Part shown: one piece after another, positions 1 through 9,466 of the stretch
Layout of the letters: each line of letters opens with the position of its first letter
Numbering within the stretch: position 1 is the stretch's first letter
Origin: a virus
Taxonomy: Duplodnaviria; Heunggongvirae; Uroviricota; Caudoviricetes
Virus record (IMG/VR): IMGVR_UViG_3300012983_000030
Direction: 5' to 3' (one strand)
Length of the DNA stretch: 64,000 nt
Position numbers and translations under genes: made by a program
The notes under the pieces: generated by a model
What the model was told of the DNA's origin: nothing
The model's input: the letters and a program-made list of their open reading frames with translations, nothing else
Database searches by the model: none

Positions 1-639
1 ATCTTCTTTGTAAGCAGGAATTAAATATTGAACATATTCTTCTGGTAATTTAGAATTAAAAATTACATATGATTCTGTTAAAGTATTTCCTTCAGGTGTA
101 TATGAAATTGTTTCTATATCTGTCGTTTTAGTGAATATTGGTTTCCAACCAGATGCTAATCCATTGGTAGCATACATTTCATGTTCACCAAATTCATATA
201 ATATTTCACCTTTTGGTTTAATAACATCAATATATTCCCCACCTTGGATATTTGTTAAATCATTTGATAATAATTCATTTATTTTTGAAGAAGAATACGT
301 AGATGATGTAGAAACCACATCATCATTTATCATATCTTCTAAATCTGTATCATCAGTAATAATATATGTAATATTATCATTATAAGTACCAAGAGCTTCA
401 TATTCTGCTAAAGTACCTTTCCATAAAGTAGGATTTACATAATTACTAGCCAATACAGTTTTATCTAATACTGTATTTGTAAGTTGTCCATCTTCAGATA
501 AGGATAAGCCTTCACCTGTTGTAATTTTATTTTGTTTTGCATCAACTGCTGTTTTAATGGCTTTTTGAGATGGTATTAAGTAATCTGAATTTTCACTAAA
601 AGTACTATCTGTACTTAAATTTAAGTATTTTGTTGCCAT
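1..639 (-). CDS. tail fiber protein, N-terminal part (partial CDS; the C-terminus lies beyond the window start)
   Basis: Reverse-strand ATG at 639-637 with an AGGAA Shine-Dalgarno site upstream. The N-terminus MATKYLNLSTDSTFSENSDYLIPSQKAIK is paralogous to the N-terminus of the 32648-33790 fiber. The reading frame is open to position 1; the ORF track omits it because it is truncated. Confidence 0.6.
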   Translation of the reverse strand, partial: MATKYLNLSTDSTFSENSDYLIPSQKAIKTAVDAKQNKITTGEGLSLSEDGQLTNTVLDKTVLASNYVNPTLWKGTLAEYEALGTYNDNITYIITDDTDLEDMINDDVVSTSSTYSSSKINELLSNDLTNIQGGEYIDVIKPKGEILYEFGEHEMYATNGLASGWKPIFTKTTDIETISYTPEGNTLTESYVIFNSKLPEEYVQYLIPAYKED

Positions 640-744
640 AGCAAGAAATTCCTGGTAAATATAACTATTTAAAACTATTCCTAATACTATAGAACCAAGA
701 TTTATAAATGACAAGAAATACTTATAGATTTTGGTATTTAATTA

Positions 745-778
745 AAAAGAGAGACATATAAAAAATGTCTCTCTCTTA
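745..778. terminator. bidirectional rho-independent terminator hairpin
   Basis: Perfect inverted repeat AGAGAGACAT / ATGTCTCTCT flanked by an A-run and a T-run. It lies downstream of the minus-strand gene 920-2284. Confidence 0.55.
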
Positions 779-919
779 TTAGACCTGGACTAAACCTCAA
801 AATAGTCTTTAAAGAGGCAGGCCTAGTTAATCATTAAGCACTTTATTATGTCTATACAGCAATAAAATTGTGTTCCGACCGAATACCGAATTTGAAGTGT
901 CTTAATGATCCCCCTCAAA

Positions 920-2284
920 CTATTTCGTCTTAGTTTGAGTATCTTGTTTATTAGAAGTATTTTTAATCAATTTTTTAATTAAATTATTTCCAATATCTGA
1001 TTGATTAAATGCTTCTAACATTCCAGCTAATTCAGTACCACCGTTTGCTGAAAATAAATCGGTTATTTTATTAATACCAGAAGAAATTCCATCATTTGAA
1101 TTAGCAATTACTTTTAAGTTAGCCTGTGTTAAAGCTTTTGCTTGTTCAATTCCAATTTTTTCATTAGCTTCTACTTGACGAATAGTAATCAAATATTGTT
1201 GATATTGTTCGTTTTCACCAACTTCTTTTGCCAATGTAGTTTGAGCTGTTACTGATGCTAATTGTAATTGTTTTTCTGCTTCGGCTTTTGCTTCACCTTC
1301 TAATTTAATACCTTCTGCATTTTTAGTTTGAGTAACTAGCTTAGCTTCTGCTTCTAATTCAATTTTAGTTTTTTCAGCTTGAGCATTTGTTTCGATTATG
1401 ATTTTTTCTGCTTCAACTTCTAAACGTTTAGTTTCTTTTTTAATTTCAGCATCACGTACTTGTTGTACTTGAATTACTTCCATTTCTTTTTCTTTAGTAA
1501 TTTTAGCTTGCTCTTTAATAGCTTGTTGAGCTTTTTCATGAGCGAGTCCAACTTCTTTAGTTACTTCAGCTTGTTTTTTTCCAACCTCACGCTTAGAATC
1601 TTCATTTTTTAATGCAACTTCTTGTTTAGCAAGAATCTCTGCTTCTGTGGCCAATTTTTGGTTATTAGCGACTGCAATACGAGATGTTTTTTCTACTTCT
1701 GATTGTTTGATTGCCATTGTATCAGCAATAACTGTTGAACCACCAGAATCTCTTACATCCATTAATTCAATGTTCTTTACTGTTTTAACACCCCATTCTT
1801 TAAGTTGTTCTTTTACTGCTTCTGTAAATTTATCACCGTATTGGTCACGTTCATCCATGATGGTTTTTAATTCAGATTTGGCAAGAATTGTACGAATACA
1901 ACCTCTAACAATAGCTAGTAATTGTTCTCTTAAAATAGATTGAGAAGATACTTTTTGAGAAGCAACTGCTGGATTATCAATCGTAAAGAATGAAGTAACA
2001 TCTACCTGAAATGGAATACGATCTTTATCATATGCTTCATAATTTACAATATCAATATTAAAAATTTCAGTTGATAATTCTTTTACATTAACACCTAATT
2101 TTGGTAACCATTCTGGCCAAGCATAATAAACATTACCATCTGCTTGGTCCATACCACGTAAGTATGTTTTATTATTTTGTTGAATTACATGTACATAATT
2201 TAATGGTACTACTGTTCGTAAAGATATAATCCAAGCTATTAAAAAAACGCCTAAAGTAAATAAAATTGTTAAAAAAGCTATCAT
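920..2284 (-). CDS. SPFH/band-7 (flotillin/YqiK-like) membrane protein with a long coiled-coil tail
   Basis: N-terminal transmembrane helix, a central SPFH-like segment, then about 250 aa of highly charged E/K/A/Q-rich heptad-like sequence, as in flotillin or YqiK. Confidence 0.55.
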   Translation of the reverse strand: MIAFLTILFTLGVFLIAWIISLRTVVPLNYVHVIQQNNKTYLRGMDQADGNVYYAWPEWLPKLGVNVKELSTEIFNIDIVNYEAYDKDRIPFQVDVTSFFTIDNPAVASQKVSSQSILREQLLAIVRGCIRTILAKSELKTIMDERDQYGDKFTEAVKEQLKEWGVKTVKNIELMDVRDSGGSTVIADTMAIKQSEVEKTSRIAVANNQKLATEAEILAKQEVALKNEDSKREVGKKQAEVTKEVGLAHEKAQQAIKEQAKITKEKEMEVIQVQQVRDAEIKKETKRLEVEAEKIIIETNAQAEKTKIELEAEAKLVTQTKNAEGIKLEGEAKAEAEKQLQLASVTAQTTLAKEVGENEQYQQYLITIRQVEANEKIGIEQAKALTQANLKVIANSNDGISSGINKITDLFSANGGTELAGMLEAFNQSDIGNNLIKKLIKNTSNKQDTQTKTK

Positions 2285-2336
2285 TTGTCTATTCTCCTTT
2301 TGTTAAAATGATATCTTTTATATATTATAAGTTTTT

Positions 2337-2395
2337 TTAAAAGTAAAACAAAAAAAAAGGCAGTACCCAATAGATACTGCCTATAATTTTTTTTA
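2337..2395. terminator. rho-independent terminator downstream of the tail sheath gene
   Basis: Hairpin AGGCAGTA...ACTGCCT flanked by an A-run and a T-run. Confidence 0.5.
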
Positions 2396-2405
2396 TTTAA
2401 TTTAA

Positions 2406-4400
2406 TTATGCGCCAAGAGTTTCTACAGAAACTGTAGTATCTGCACCCATAACTGTAGTATTCAAAAGAATAACTTCAGCTGTATATGTAGGCCATAAGT
2501 AAATATCAATAACTAATTGATTATTTGCAATTACTTGTGGAGTATTATTTGACTCATCGCAGACAACTTGGAATTTTTGAATACCTTCTGCAGAAAGGAT
2601 TGTATTCAAGAAGCTATTGAATTGCAATGTAATTTGCATACGTGTATATGCTGTATTATTTTCAAATAAATGATATCTAGCAGCATCACGTAATACAGTT
2701 TCAATATAAATAACTGTTCTTGCTACGTTAATTCTATCTAAAGCAGATGGTTTAGCTTGTAATGTTCTTTGACCCCAGTTAACATAACCAGCACCTGGAT
2801 TACGAATAATACAGTTGATTTGGTTATCTGTATATAATGTGCCACCTTGAACATTATCATAATATTGAGTTAAACCAGTAGGTGATACAGCAGCTGCGGC
2901 TAATACACCACGATTTAAACCAGCAGGAGCAACCCAAGGCTCATATGCACCCATAATTTTAGCAACATATGCAGAAGGACACATTACGAAATTTGCACGA
3001 CCTTGAACTGAGTCATATGTTTTAACCCAAGGTGAACTTAATGCACCACGATAAGTATTAAAACCTTGAAGGTTCTTTCTCCAATCGATAGCATTTTCCA
3101 TAGAAGTTTCTGTCATTGGAACATCAAATAAACAGAAACAGTCACGACGGTGTTCGGCAATTTCTAACATTTTAGATTGATATGCAACATTACCTTTATT
3201 TACATAACCACTATTCATAAGTAATGAAACATTAACTTGTGAACGGTCACGGAATAATTCCCATGCATTACATAAATCAACATATTTTTTAGCTGCATCT
3301 GTCCAAATACCAGATTGACCATTTTCTAAAGCAATGTTTTCACCAAATGTTGGAACAACTGCTGCGTCTGGATCAATATCTAAGAAATTGTTATTTACAA
3401 ATACTTGAATATAATTAGAAGTACCATTTACAACGTCTTCTAAAAACATTGAATTACCATAATTATCTTGTGCATGATATAATGTACAATATTCAAATGT
3501 TTCAAGAGTTTGCATTACACGACCAATTTTTTCTTTAACTACAATACTAAATGTAGTTTCGTTTGTTTCTGGATAACGACCAACTCTTGCATTTGAATCT
3601 ACAACAGATTCGATTGCACCATCAACAAAATAAGAAATAGTTCCTTGAGTACGATCTTCATTTACTGAAAAATCATATACTGTAAATGTGCCATTCAAAG
3701 CACTTTCTTTTTCTACTGGATCAGTAACTTTCATTCTAGAAACAGCAATTTTAGAATTTTCTTCTAATCCATCTACAACTTCATAAGGAACAGTAACAGT
3801 AACTAAAGTTCTTGGTGTTTCACCAGATTCAACTTCAAGTTTAGTAGGAGCTAAAACGGCATAAGCTCTGTTTTCATTAATTGTACTATCAGCAATAGAA
3901 ATAAATAATTTTCTATTATTTGGATCAGTAGCTGTAACAATAAACGCTGATTCAAAATCTTCTGGTTCAAATAAACCTGAAGCTGAACCAGAGTCACGTG
4001 AATTTTCAGCAGCTGTTATTTCTTCATACCAGTAACCAGCATTTGTAGGTCTTGGTTTATCAGCTGTGTTTACTAAAACAGTAGCTGCGGCCCATACTGC
4101 ATCATTTTCACGATTTTCTGGTAAATCATCTGGATCACCAACTGGAACAACACGTACAAATTGATGTTCTGCAATAGATTCTGAAGCAACTGCTAATGAA
4201 TAACCAGCGTAACCATAACGAGAACTTAATGTACCAAAACGATCAATAAAACCTTGTAATGATGATAATAAAGTTGGTTTAAATACTGGACCATATTCTG
4301 CTTCACCAACATAAGCACATGCAGTAGTAGCATTATCTGCAACTACTCCACTAAGGTCTCTAATGCTTGGGTAAACGCCCGGAAATTTGTAGCTTGCCAT
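2406..4400 (-). CDS. contractile tail sheath protein (T4 gp18-like)
   Basis: Conserved C-terminal motifs shared with T4 gp18: PAGLNRG (T4 has PAGYNRG), FDRINV, and RVVCDxxNNTPxVI followed by a FYIQP-like segment. N-terminal FPGVY-type start. Shine-Dalgarno AAGGA. Confidence 0.85.
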   Translation of the reverse strand: MASYKFPGVYPSIRDLSGVVADNATTACAYVGEAEYGPVFKPTLLSSLQGFIDRFGTLSSRYGYAGYSLAVASESIAEHQFVRVVPVGDPDDLPENRENDAVWAAATVLVNTADKPRPTNAGYWYEEITAAENSRDSGSASGLFEPEDFESAFIVTATDPNNRKLFISIADSTINENRAYAVLAPTKLEVESGETPRTLVTVTVPYEVVDGLEENSKIAVSRMKVTDPVEKESALNGTFTVYDFSVNEDRTQGTISYFVDGAIESVVDSNARVGRYPETNETTFSIVVKEKIGRVMQTLETFEYCTLYHAQDNYGNSMFLEDVVNGTSNYIQVFVNNNFLDIDPDAAVVPTFGENIALENGQSGIWTDAAKKYVDLCNAWELFRDRSQVNVSLLMNSGYVNKGNVAYQSKMLEIAEHRRDCFCLFDVPMTETSMENAIDWRKNLQGFNTYRGALSSPWVKTYDSVQGRANFVMCPSAYVAKIMGAYEPWVAPAGLNRGVLAAAAVSPTGLTQYYDNVQGGTLYTDNQINCIIRNPGAGYVNWGQRTLQAKPSALDRINVARTVIYIETVLRDAARYHLFENNTAYTRMQITLQFNSFLNTILSAEGIQKFQVVCDESNNTPQVIANNQLVIDIYLWPTYTAEVILLNTTVMGADTTVSVETLGA

Positions 4401-4647
4401 TTCATTAATTCCTTATTTTTTAAGTTTAATATTAATATAATTCATAAATGTTAGAACTTTCAAACAGGTATAACGAATTGACAATTTAAATTATACCGAG
4501 TCTAAATTCTTCAATATTAAAGAACTCCATATAATCGAAATTGTTTATACTTATATATTTGGATGTAAATCTGGATTAGTTTTTTATTTATATATATTGT
4601 TAGAACGACTCTTCCATTTTATATTAATAATTACTGATATTATATAA

Positions 4648-5526
4648 TTATACTTCAAACATGCATTTTTCAGAAAATAATGCACCTAGATATTGATTTA
4701 ATTTTGGATAAGATTTAGCATTTCCAACTACATCATCAAATACACTTAACCAATCTTCATTTAACCAACTGTCAGATAAATCAAATTTTAAAGTAATTTT
4801 AACATCTTTTATTTTTCGTGGTGTATCTAATTCGGCATCTGGATATAAATTTTTATATACGCTTCTTTTGTGCAATACTTTCGGTGTCATATTAAATTGT
4901 AATATTTCCGGTTTATTAAGCATTTCTAAGAAGTTTTTCTTATTTATAATAATAGGAATATGAGATTCATAATCATAATGTGATTTACAATTTAATTCAT
5001 CTAACAATTCAATAGCATATTCAAATGCATATTGCCATCTAGAACGTTTTTCATTAACTTTATATTTTTCTACTTCATCTTCTAATGTACCTAAACATAC
5101 ATTTAAACTTTTTTTCCAATTATATATTGGATTTAAAGCAAAAAAATCATCATTCATTAAAATGAAATTATCAGAAATGTCTTTACATTCACAAGCTGCT
5201 CTGTAATTTATAATAGAATTTTTCCATTTATCTTGATTTTGATTAGTAGGTAAATAATTTACATTCTTTACCCATGTAGGTTTATATCCAACTAACCAAA
5301 TGTTTCTAAAATTGCAAAATTTAGCAACAGAACGTAGAGAAATTTTTAAATCTTGATTTCGTTCACTTCTTTTTAAGATATATACTAAATCGTATTGCTT
5401 ATCTTCTGGTAAAACTTTAGAAGGATCTATTGCTTTTTTTGGAGGTATTTTAATAGAAGTCCAAGAATGCGTATTTACATTTAGACGTCTAATACCTGGA
5501 ATTAAAGGCTTAGCTACACCCCCCAT
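4648..5526 (-). CDS. Stealth-family hexose-1-phosphoryl transferase (conserved regions CR2-CR4 present)
   Basis: LKISLRSVAKF...IWLVG..P.W matches Stealth CR2; MNDDFF matches CR3; SHIPIIINK matches CR4. Confidence 0.55.
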   Translation of the reverse strand: MGGVAKPLIPGIRRLNVNTHSWTSIKIPPKKAIDPSKVLPEDKQYDLVYILKRSERNQDLKISLRSVAKFCNFRNIWLVGYKPTWVKNVNYLPTNQNQDKWKNSIINYRAACECKDISDNFILMNDDFFALNPIYNWKKSLNVCLGTLEDEVEKYKVNEKRSRWQYAFEYAIELLDELNCKSHYDYESHIPIIINKKNFLEMLNKPEILQFNMTPKVLHKRSVYKNLYPDAELDTPRKIKDVKITLKFDLSDSWLNEDWLSVFDDVVGNAKSYPKLNQYLGALFSEKCMFEV

Positions 5527-5545
5527 TTTAATTTTTAATCCTTAT

Positions 5546-5935
5546 TTATTTTTTAGTTAATTCTTGAGCTAATTTTTTAGCAGATACTTCTAAAGGATAC
5601 ATTATTCCACCATTAGCTTTTAAGAAATTATAAATTTTAGTTTCTAATTCAGCTTCAGTATTATTTTCTTCTACAGGATATTTACCTTTTAAAATTCCAT
5701 GTATTCTAGAGTAAATACGTTGTGCAACTTCACGCTTGGCTTCATCTGATAATTCAGAAACGATTGCTGAATGATATTCACAAATATCAATTAAAAAATC
5801 TTCGATTTCTTCAAAAGAATCTGCATTAATAATTATACTAGATTCAATATAGTTTAATTTTTTATTAATACTATTTGCAATCTTAGCATATGGATTTAAT
5901 GCTTCTGTAAATAACGTTCTTGTTTTAGACATCAT
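5546..5935 (-). CDS. hypothetical protein
   Basis: ORF with coding-like composition, in an operon with its neighbours. Confidence 0.4.
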   Translation of the reverse strand: MMSKTRTLFTEALNPYAKIANSINKKLNYIESSIIINADSFEEIEDFLIDICEYHSAIVSELSDEAKREVAQRIYSRIHGILKGKYPVEENNTEAELETKIYNFLKANGGIMYPLEVSAKKLAQELTKK

Positions 5936-6771
5936 GCTACAATCTTTTTCTTAGGGTTTCTTCCACCAAAAATAGAATGAGAAGTATTCCAACCTATTTC
6001 TTTTTCTCCATTATATTCAAGAGCTCTTAAGTATTGAATAACTTTATATAATTGTTCTTTAGCCGCAATCGAATATACATTATCCATAATATTTTCAATG
6101 CTAGAAATATCAGAATCTATGTCATCTTTAAATTCATTTTTACGATCATTGATAGGATCATCTGTTGCAATAATAGCATTTTCTAATCTATCAAATTTAG
6201 CATCAGATATTGTAAAGATTTTACGTAATTCAATAAGATAGTTATCAACTTCTTGTGGAGTTAATTCATCTTCTGCATATCTAAAGATGTCTTCTACTAA
6301 TTCATATTGTTTATCTGTTAATCCAAATTCTTCAGCAATAACTTGTTCTATTTTCCAAGTGTCATATAATCTTTGATCTTGAACAGCTTCTTTTAATTCA
6401 GTAACTGATTCTGAGATATCTTTTCCTGATTTAGCTTCCTCTGTACCTTTATCAAAGTCTTCTTTTATATTAGGTAATTGAGAAATCTTTTCAGTTAATT
6501 GTGCAATGTGTTTTATTTCTTCATTACGGATATCTGTTAGAGTATCATGAAACATATCTACAATCCATGGTTCACATTTATCTTCTAATGAAAGAATTTG
6601 GGTATATTCAACTTCAGCTGAAGATTCACTAGCTAATGCTTTAATAATAGCTTGTGCATATAATTCAGTAGCCGGAGTATCTTTTACAGCATTTTCTAAA
6701 GGATTAACTTCAGCTTCCTTTAATTTAACTGATTCTGTAAGAATTGGTTTCTGTTTTGGAATACATCTCAT
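5932..6771 (-). CDS. hypothetical acidic protein
   Basis: 279-aa ORF, D/E-rich; its start overlaps the stop of the downstream gene. Confidence 0.4.
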   Translation of the reverse strand: MRCIPKQKPILTESVKLKEAEVNPLENAVKDTPATELYAQAIIKALASESSAEVEYTQILSLEDKCEPWIVDMFHDTLTDIRNEEIKHIAQLTEKISQLPNIKEDFDKGTEEAKSGKDISESVTELKEAVQDQRLYDTWKIEQVIAEEFGLTDKQYELVEDIFRYAEDELTPQEVDNYLIELRKIFTISDAKFDRLENAIIATDDPINDRKNEFKDDIDSDISSIENIMDNVYSIAAKEQLYKVIQYLRALEYNGEKEIGWNTSHSIFGGRNPKKKIVA

Positions 6772-6786
6772 AATTATTCTCCAAAA

Positions 6787-7482
6787 CTATTTTGCTACAG
6801 GAAAATCTTCACTCTTGCTATCAATTTTATAAGTATCATCATCTAATTTTAACTTTAAGTTTTGTACAACTAAAGTTTTAGGTAATTTATCTTTTTCAAT
6901 TTGAGATACTTTATAGCAATTATTTTTGTTATCATCATATAATTGATCAACATGGATGCCTTCAGAACCATCACCAATTTCAGCTTTTAACTTATTAAGT
7001 ACATCTGAAACATTAATACGTGTATCGGGAATAAAATCTAAAGGACCAGCATAATCACCAGCTTCTTTTAAATATTGCTCACATGATTTGCCATTAAGTA
7101 CTTTTTCAACTAATTTAGCAAATTTAGATTCACCAAAATGACAACATTTTTCTTCCGGTGTTTTTATAATTTCTACAGAGGTTGCTTCTTCTGGTTCAGA
7201 AATATCAACTAAATCGTCCATCATTTCTTTTGCTTTATCCATCAAATCTTCACCAGAAATTTCTTCTTTGTTAAATTCAGTATCATTTGACATTTCAGCA
7301 GTATTTACTAAATTTTCTTTATCTGTAATTTCGCCTTGTGCAAATTCACCTGGCACTACATTTGCCATACCCATGTTTTCAAAAGAAGGTACAACATTAT
7401 CATTAATCATTTCTGCTGAACTATCTACACCTTCTTGCAATTTATCTTTTGCGATGTTAAGTAAACGCTCTCTTAAGCTCAT
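6787..7482 (-). CDS. hypothetical acidic protein
   Basis: 231-aa ORF, D/E-rich. Confidence 0.4.
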   Translation of the reverse strand: MSLRERLLNIAKDKLQEGVDSSAEMINDNVVPSFENMGMANVVPGEFAQGEITDKENLVNTAEMSNDTEFNKEEISGEDLMDKAKEMMDDLVDISEPEEATSVEIIKTPEEKCCHFGESKFAKLVEKVLNGKSCEQYLKEAGDYAGPLDFIPDTRINVSDVLNKLKAEIGDGSEGIHVDQLYDDNKNNCYKVSQIEKDKLPKTLVVQNLKLKLDDDTYKIDSKSEDFPVAK

Positions 7483-7574
7483 GTCAATATCCTCTGTAAT
7501 AAGATCTTATTTTAAATTGTACAATATTATGATATTAAGAATCATTTTATAATTAGAACTTTTGTGTTTTATAA

Positions 7575-7859
7575 TTATTTATTTTGATTAACTTTAACAA
7601 AACCTGGACACAATGTAACAATTTTACCTGTTTTTGATTTGGCATACATTGCGCAACACGGTTTATTGTTTTTAATCCAATTTTCTACTAAAACTATATG
7701 AAAATGATTATGACAATTATGAGATTCTGCAAAATATCTACAAGAGCAAGATCTTGGATTTAATGATACTTTATGTTCTTCTATCAAATATCCTTGAATT
7801 TTTTCTTTCACAATATAAATAGGTTGATCATTTTCAATAGATTCTTCGATTAAATACAT
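7575..7859 (-). CDS. small Cys/His-rich (zinc-binding-like) protein
   Basis: CSC...CHNHFH...CC...C pattern in 94 aa. Confidence 0.35.
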   Translation of the reverse strand: MYLIEESIENDQPIYIVKEKIQGYLIEEHKVSLNPRSCSCRYFAESHNCHNHFHIVLVENWIKNNKPCCAMYAKSKTGKIVTLCPGFVKVNQNK

Positions 7860-7892
7860 TGCTTTCCTTTATTTGATGTTAAATATAATTCA

Positions 7893-7935
7893 TAGAACTA
7901 ATAAAAAGAGCCCCAAATTAGGAGCTCTTCTTTAG
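7893..7935. terminator. rho-independent terminator (reads on the minus strand after gene 7955-9256)
   Basis: Hairpin AAGAGCCCC / GGAGCTCTT with a T-run on the reverse strand. Confidence 0.5.
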
Positions 7936-7954
7936 TTTTTTTCAATACTTGAAA

Positions 7955-9256
7955 TTAAGCGAAAAAGCGTTTAGAGAAACGTTTTTCTTCTTTAGTTTCA
8001 GCAATGAAATTATCGCAATCTACAGATTCTTTGAAAGCTGCAACGAATTTACCGTATTTACCATCAAAGCAACGTACGCATTCTTTTAATGATTTATTAT
8101 CGAATGTAGCAACGATTTTAGCAATTACACCTTCAGCTAAACCACGAGCAGCTAAAACATTAACCATTCTTACATAATCAGCACCTGATTTTGCAGATTC
8201 TTCGAATCTCTTTAATACACGTTCAGCACATTCTGCAACTGAACAAGATTCAGCAGCAAATGCAGGTTGTTCATTCATATGAGCGCGTAACATTTCATAA
8301 GAAACAGGCTTATCAGCTGAACCATCTGGATTAGCACCCATGAAGTTAGCATAGAACGGATCACCTGTCATGTCATACAAGTCAGCAGCACACCAAGCAG
8401 CGTCTGTACCGTCTTGTTCACATTTATCTAACCATTTTTCAGGAGCAACTTCATAGTTATCTTCGAAATCAGCAACACCAAAATCAAATTCTTCCATTAC
8501 AGGAGCAGCTTCTACATCAAAACCGTCCATAGCTTCAGCAGAATCAAATTCGTTTTCTAAGAAAAGAATACCAGAGTTAGCTTCTTTATTGAAAGCGCCG
8601 ATAACTTTACCAGATTCTGATAATGCAATTTCACGTGCACCAGGTTGTAAAGAACCTTTCATTTCAGAAACGCGAGCAGCAAATTTAGCATAATCTGTCA
8701 TAGATTCACGCATAACTCTGTCAGCTTTAATTACAGACATATGAATTGGAGCTTCGTCAGATTCATCAACTAAGATAGATTCACAAGCCAAAACTCTTTC
8801 TGGATTAATACGGTGTGTACTGAATTTAGCAAATTTGGCTTCTACAGATTCTTTTTGTTCAACGTCAAGTTCAGCAACTTCAACTTCTTCGTTGTCGTCA
8901 TCGGCAAGACTGTCAATAACGTCTTCAACTTCTTCACCGCCCATAACAGCGTCTAAAGCTGGCTTTTCAACGAAGTTAACGTCAGACAACTCATCAGAAG
9001 AAATAACTACGTCTGCAATTTTAGCAGCTAAATCAGCATCAGAAATAACTACAACAGCAGCTTGACCTTGAATAGCCATATCACCTTCAGGAGTAGCACC
9101 GATTTCAGCAACATCACCTTTTTCAAATTCTACATCCATTTCTTCTGTTTCTAAAATTAATTTCTTAGATACAATCCAATTTTTAGATTCTTTTGCAGAT
9201 TCACGTAAAGCTTCACGAGCAACACGAGCTGCCAATCTATTTAAATATTTACTCAT
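7955..9256 (-). CDS. strongly acidic protein, possibly a scaffold or head-core protein (function unknown)
   Basis: 433 aa, very D/E-rich. Codon usage looks like that of a highly expressed gene. Shine-Dalgarno present. Confidence 0.4.
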   Translation of the reverse strand: MSKYLNRLAARVAREALRESAKESKNWIVSKKLILETEEMDVEFEKGDVAEIGATPEGDMAIQGQAAVVVISDADLAAKIADVVISSDELSDVNFVEKPALDAVMGGEEVEDVIDSLADDDNEEVEVAELDVEQKESVEAKFAKFSTHRINPERVLACESILVDESDEAPIHMSVIKADRVMRESMTDYAKFAARVSEMKGSLQPGAREIALSESGKVIGAFNKEANSGILFLENEFDSAEAMDGFDVEAAPVMEEFDFGVADFEDNYEVAPEKWLDKCEQDGTDAAWCAADLYDMTGDPFYANFMGANPDGSADKPVSYEMLRAHMNEQPAFAAESCSVAECAERVLKRFEESAKSGADYVRMVNVLAARGLAEGVIAKIVATFDNKSLKECVRCFDGKYGKFVAAFKESVDCDNFIAETKEEKRFSKRFFA

Positions 9257-9466
9257 TTATAAAATCACCTTATTTAATATAAAAAATTAATTAACAAATC
9301 TAAAACTAGGACATATGAAAAAAATTAATAAAAACTAGAAATTATTATGCTATATAGAACAACTATTTATTTATTTTTTCTTTAATATTCTTATTTTTAA
9401 TATTATTGAATTAAAATTTGATAATATTGTTATTCTATTAAGTAATAATAGAAAAGGAGTTAATAT

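Noticed and set aside
131-385. Plus-strand 84-aa ORF
   Set aside because: It lies wholly inside, and antisense to, the well-supported tail-fiber reading frame 1-639. It has no Shine-Dalgarno site.
1647-1943. Plus-strand 98-aa ORF
   Set aside because: Antisense within the SPFH gene; low-complexity translation.
7268-7552. Plus-strand 94-aa ORF
   Set aside because: Antisense overlap with the minus-strand gene 6787-7482; no Shine-Dalgarno site.
8835-9065. Plus-strand 76-aa Ser/Thr-rich ORF
   Set aside because: Antisense artefact of the codon-biased acidic gene 7955-9256.
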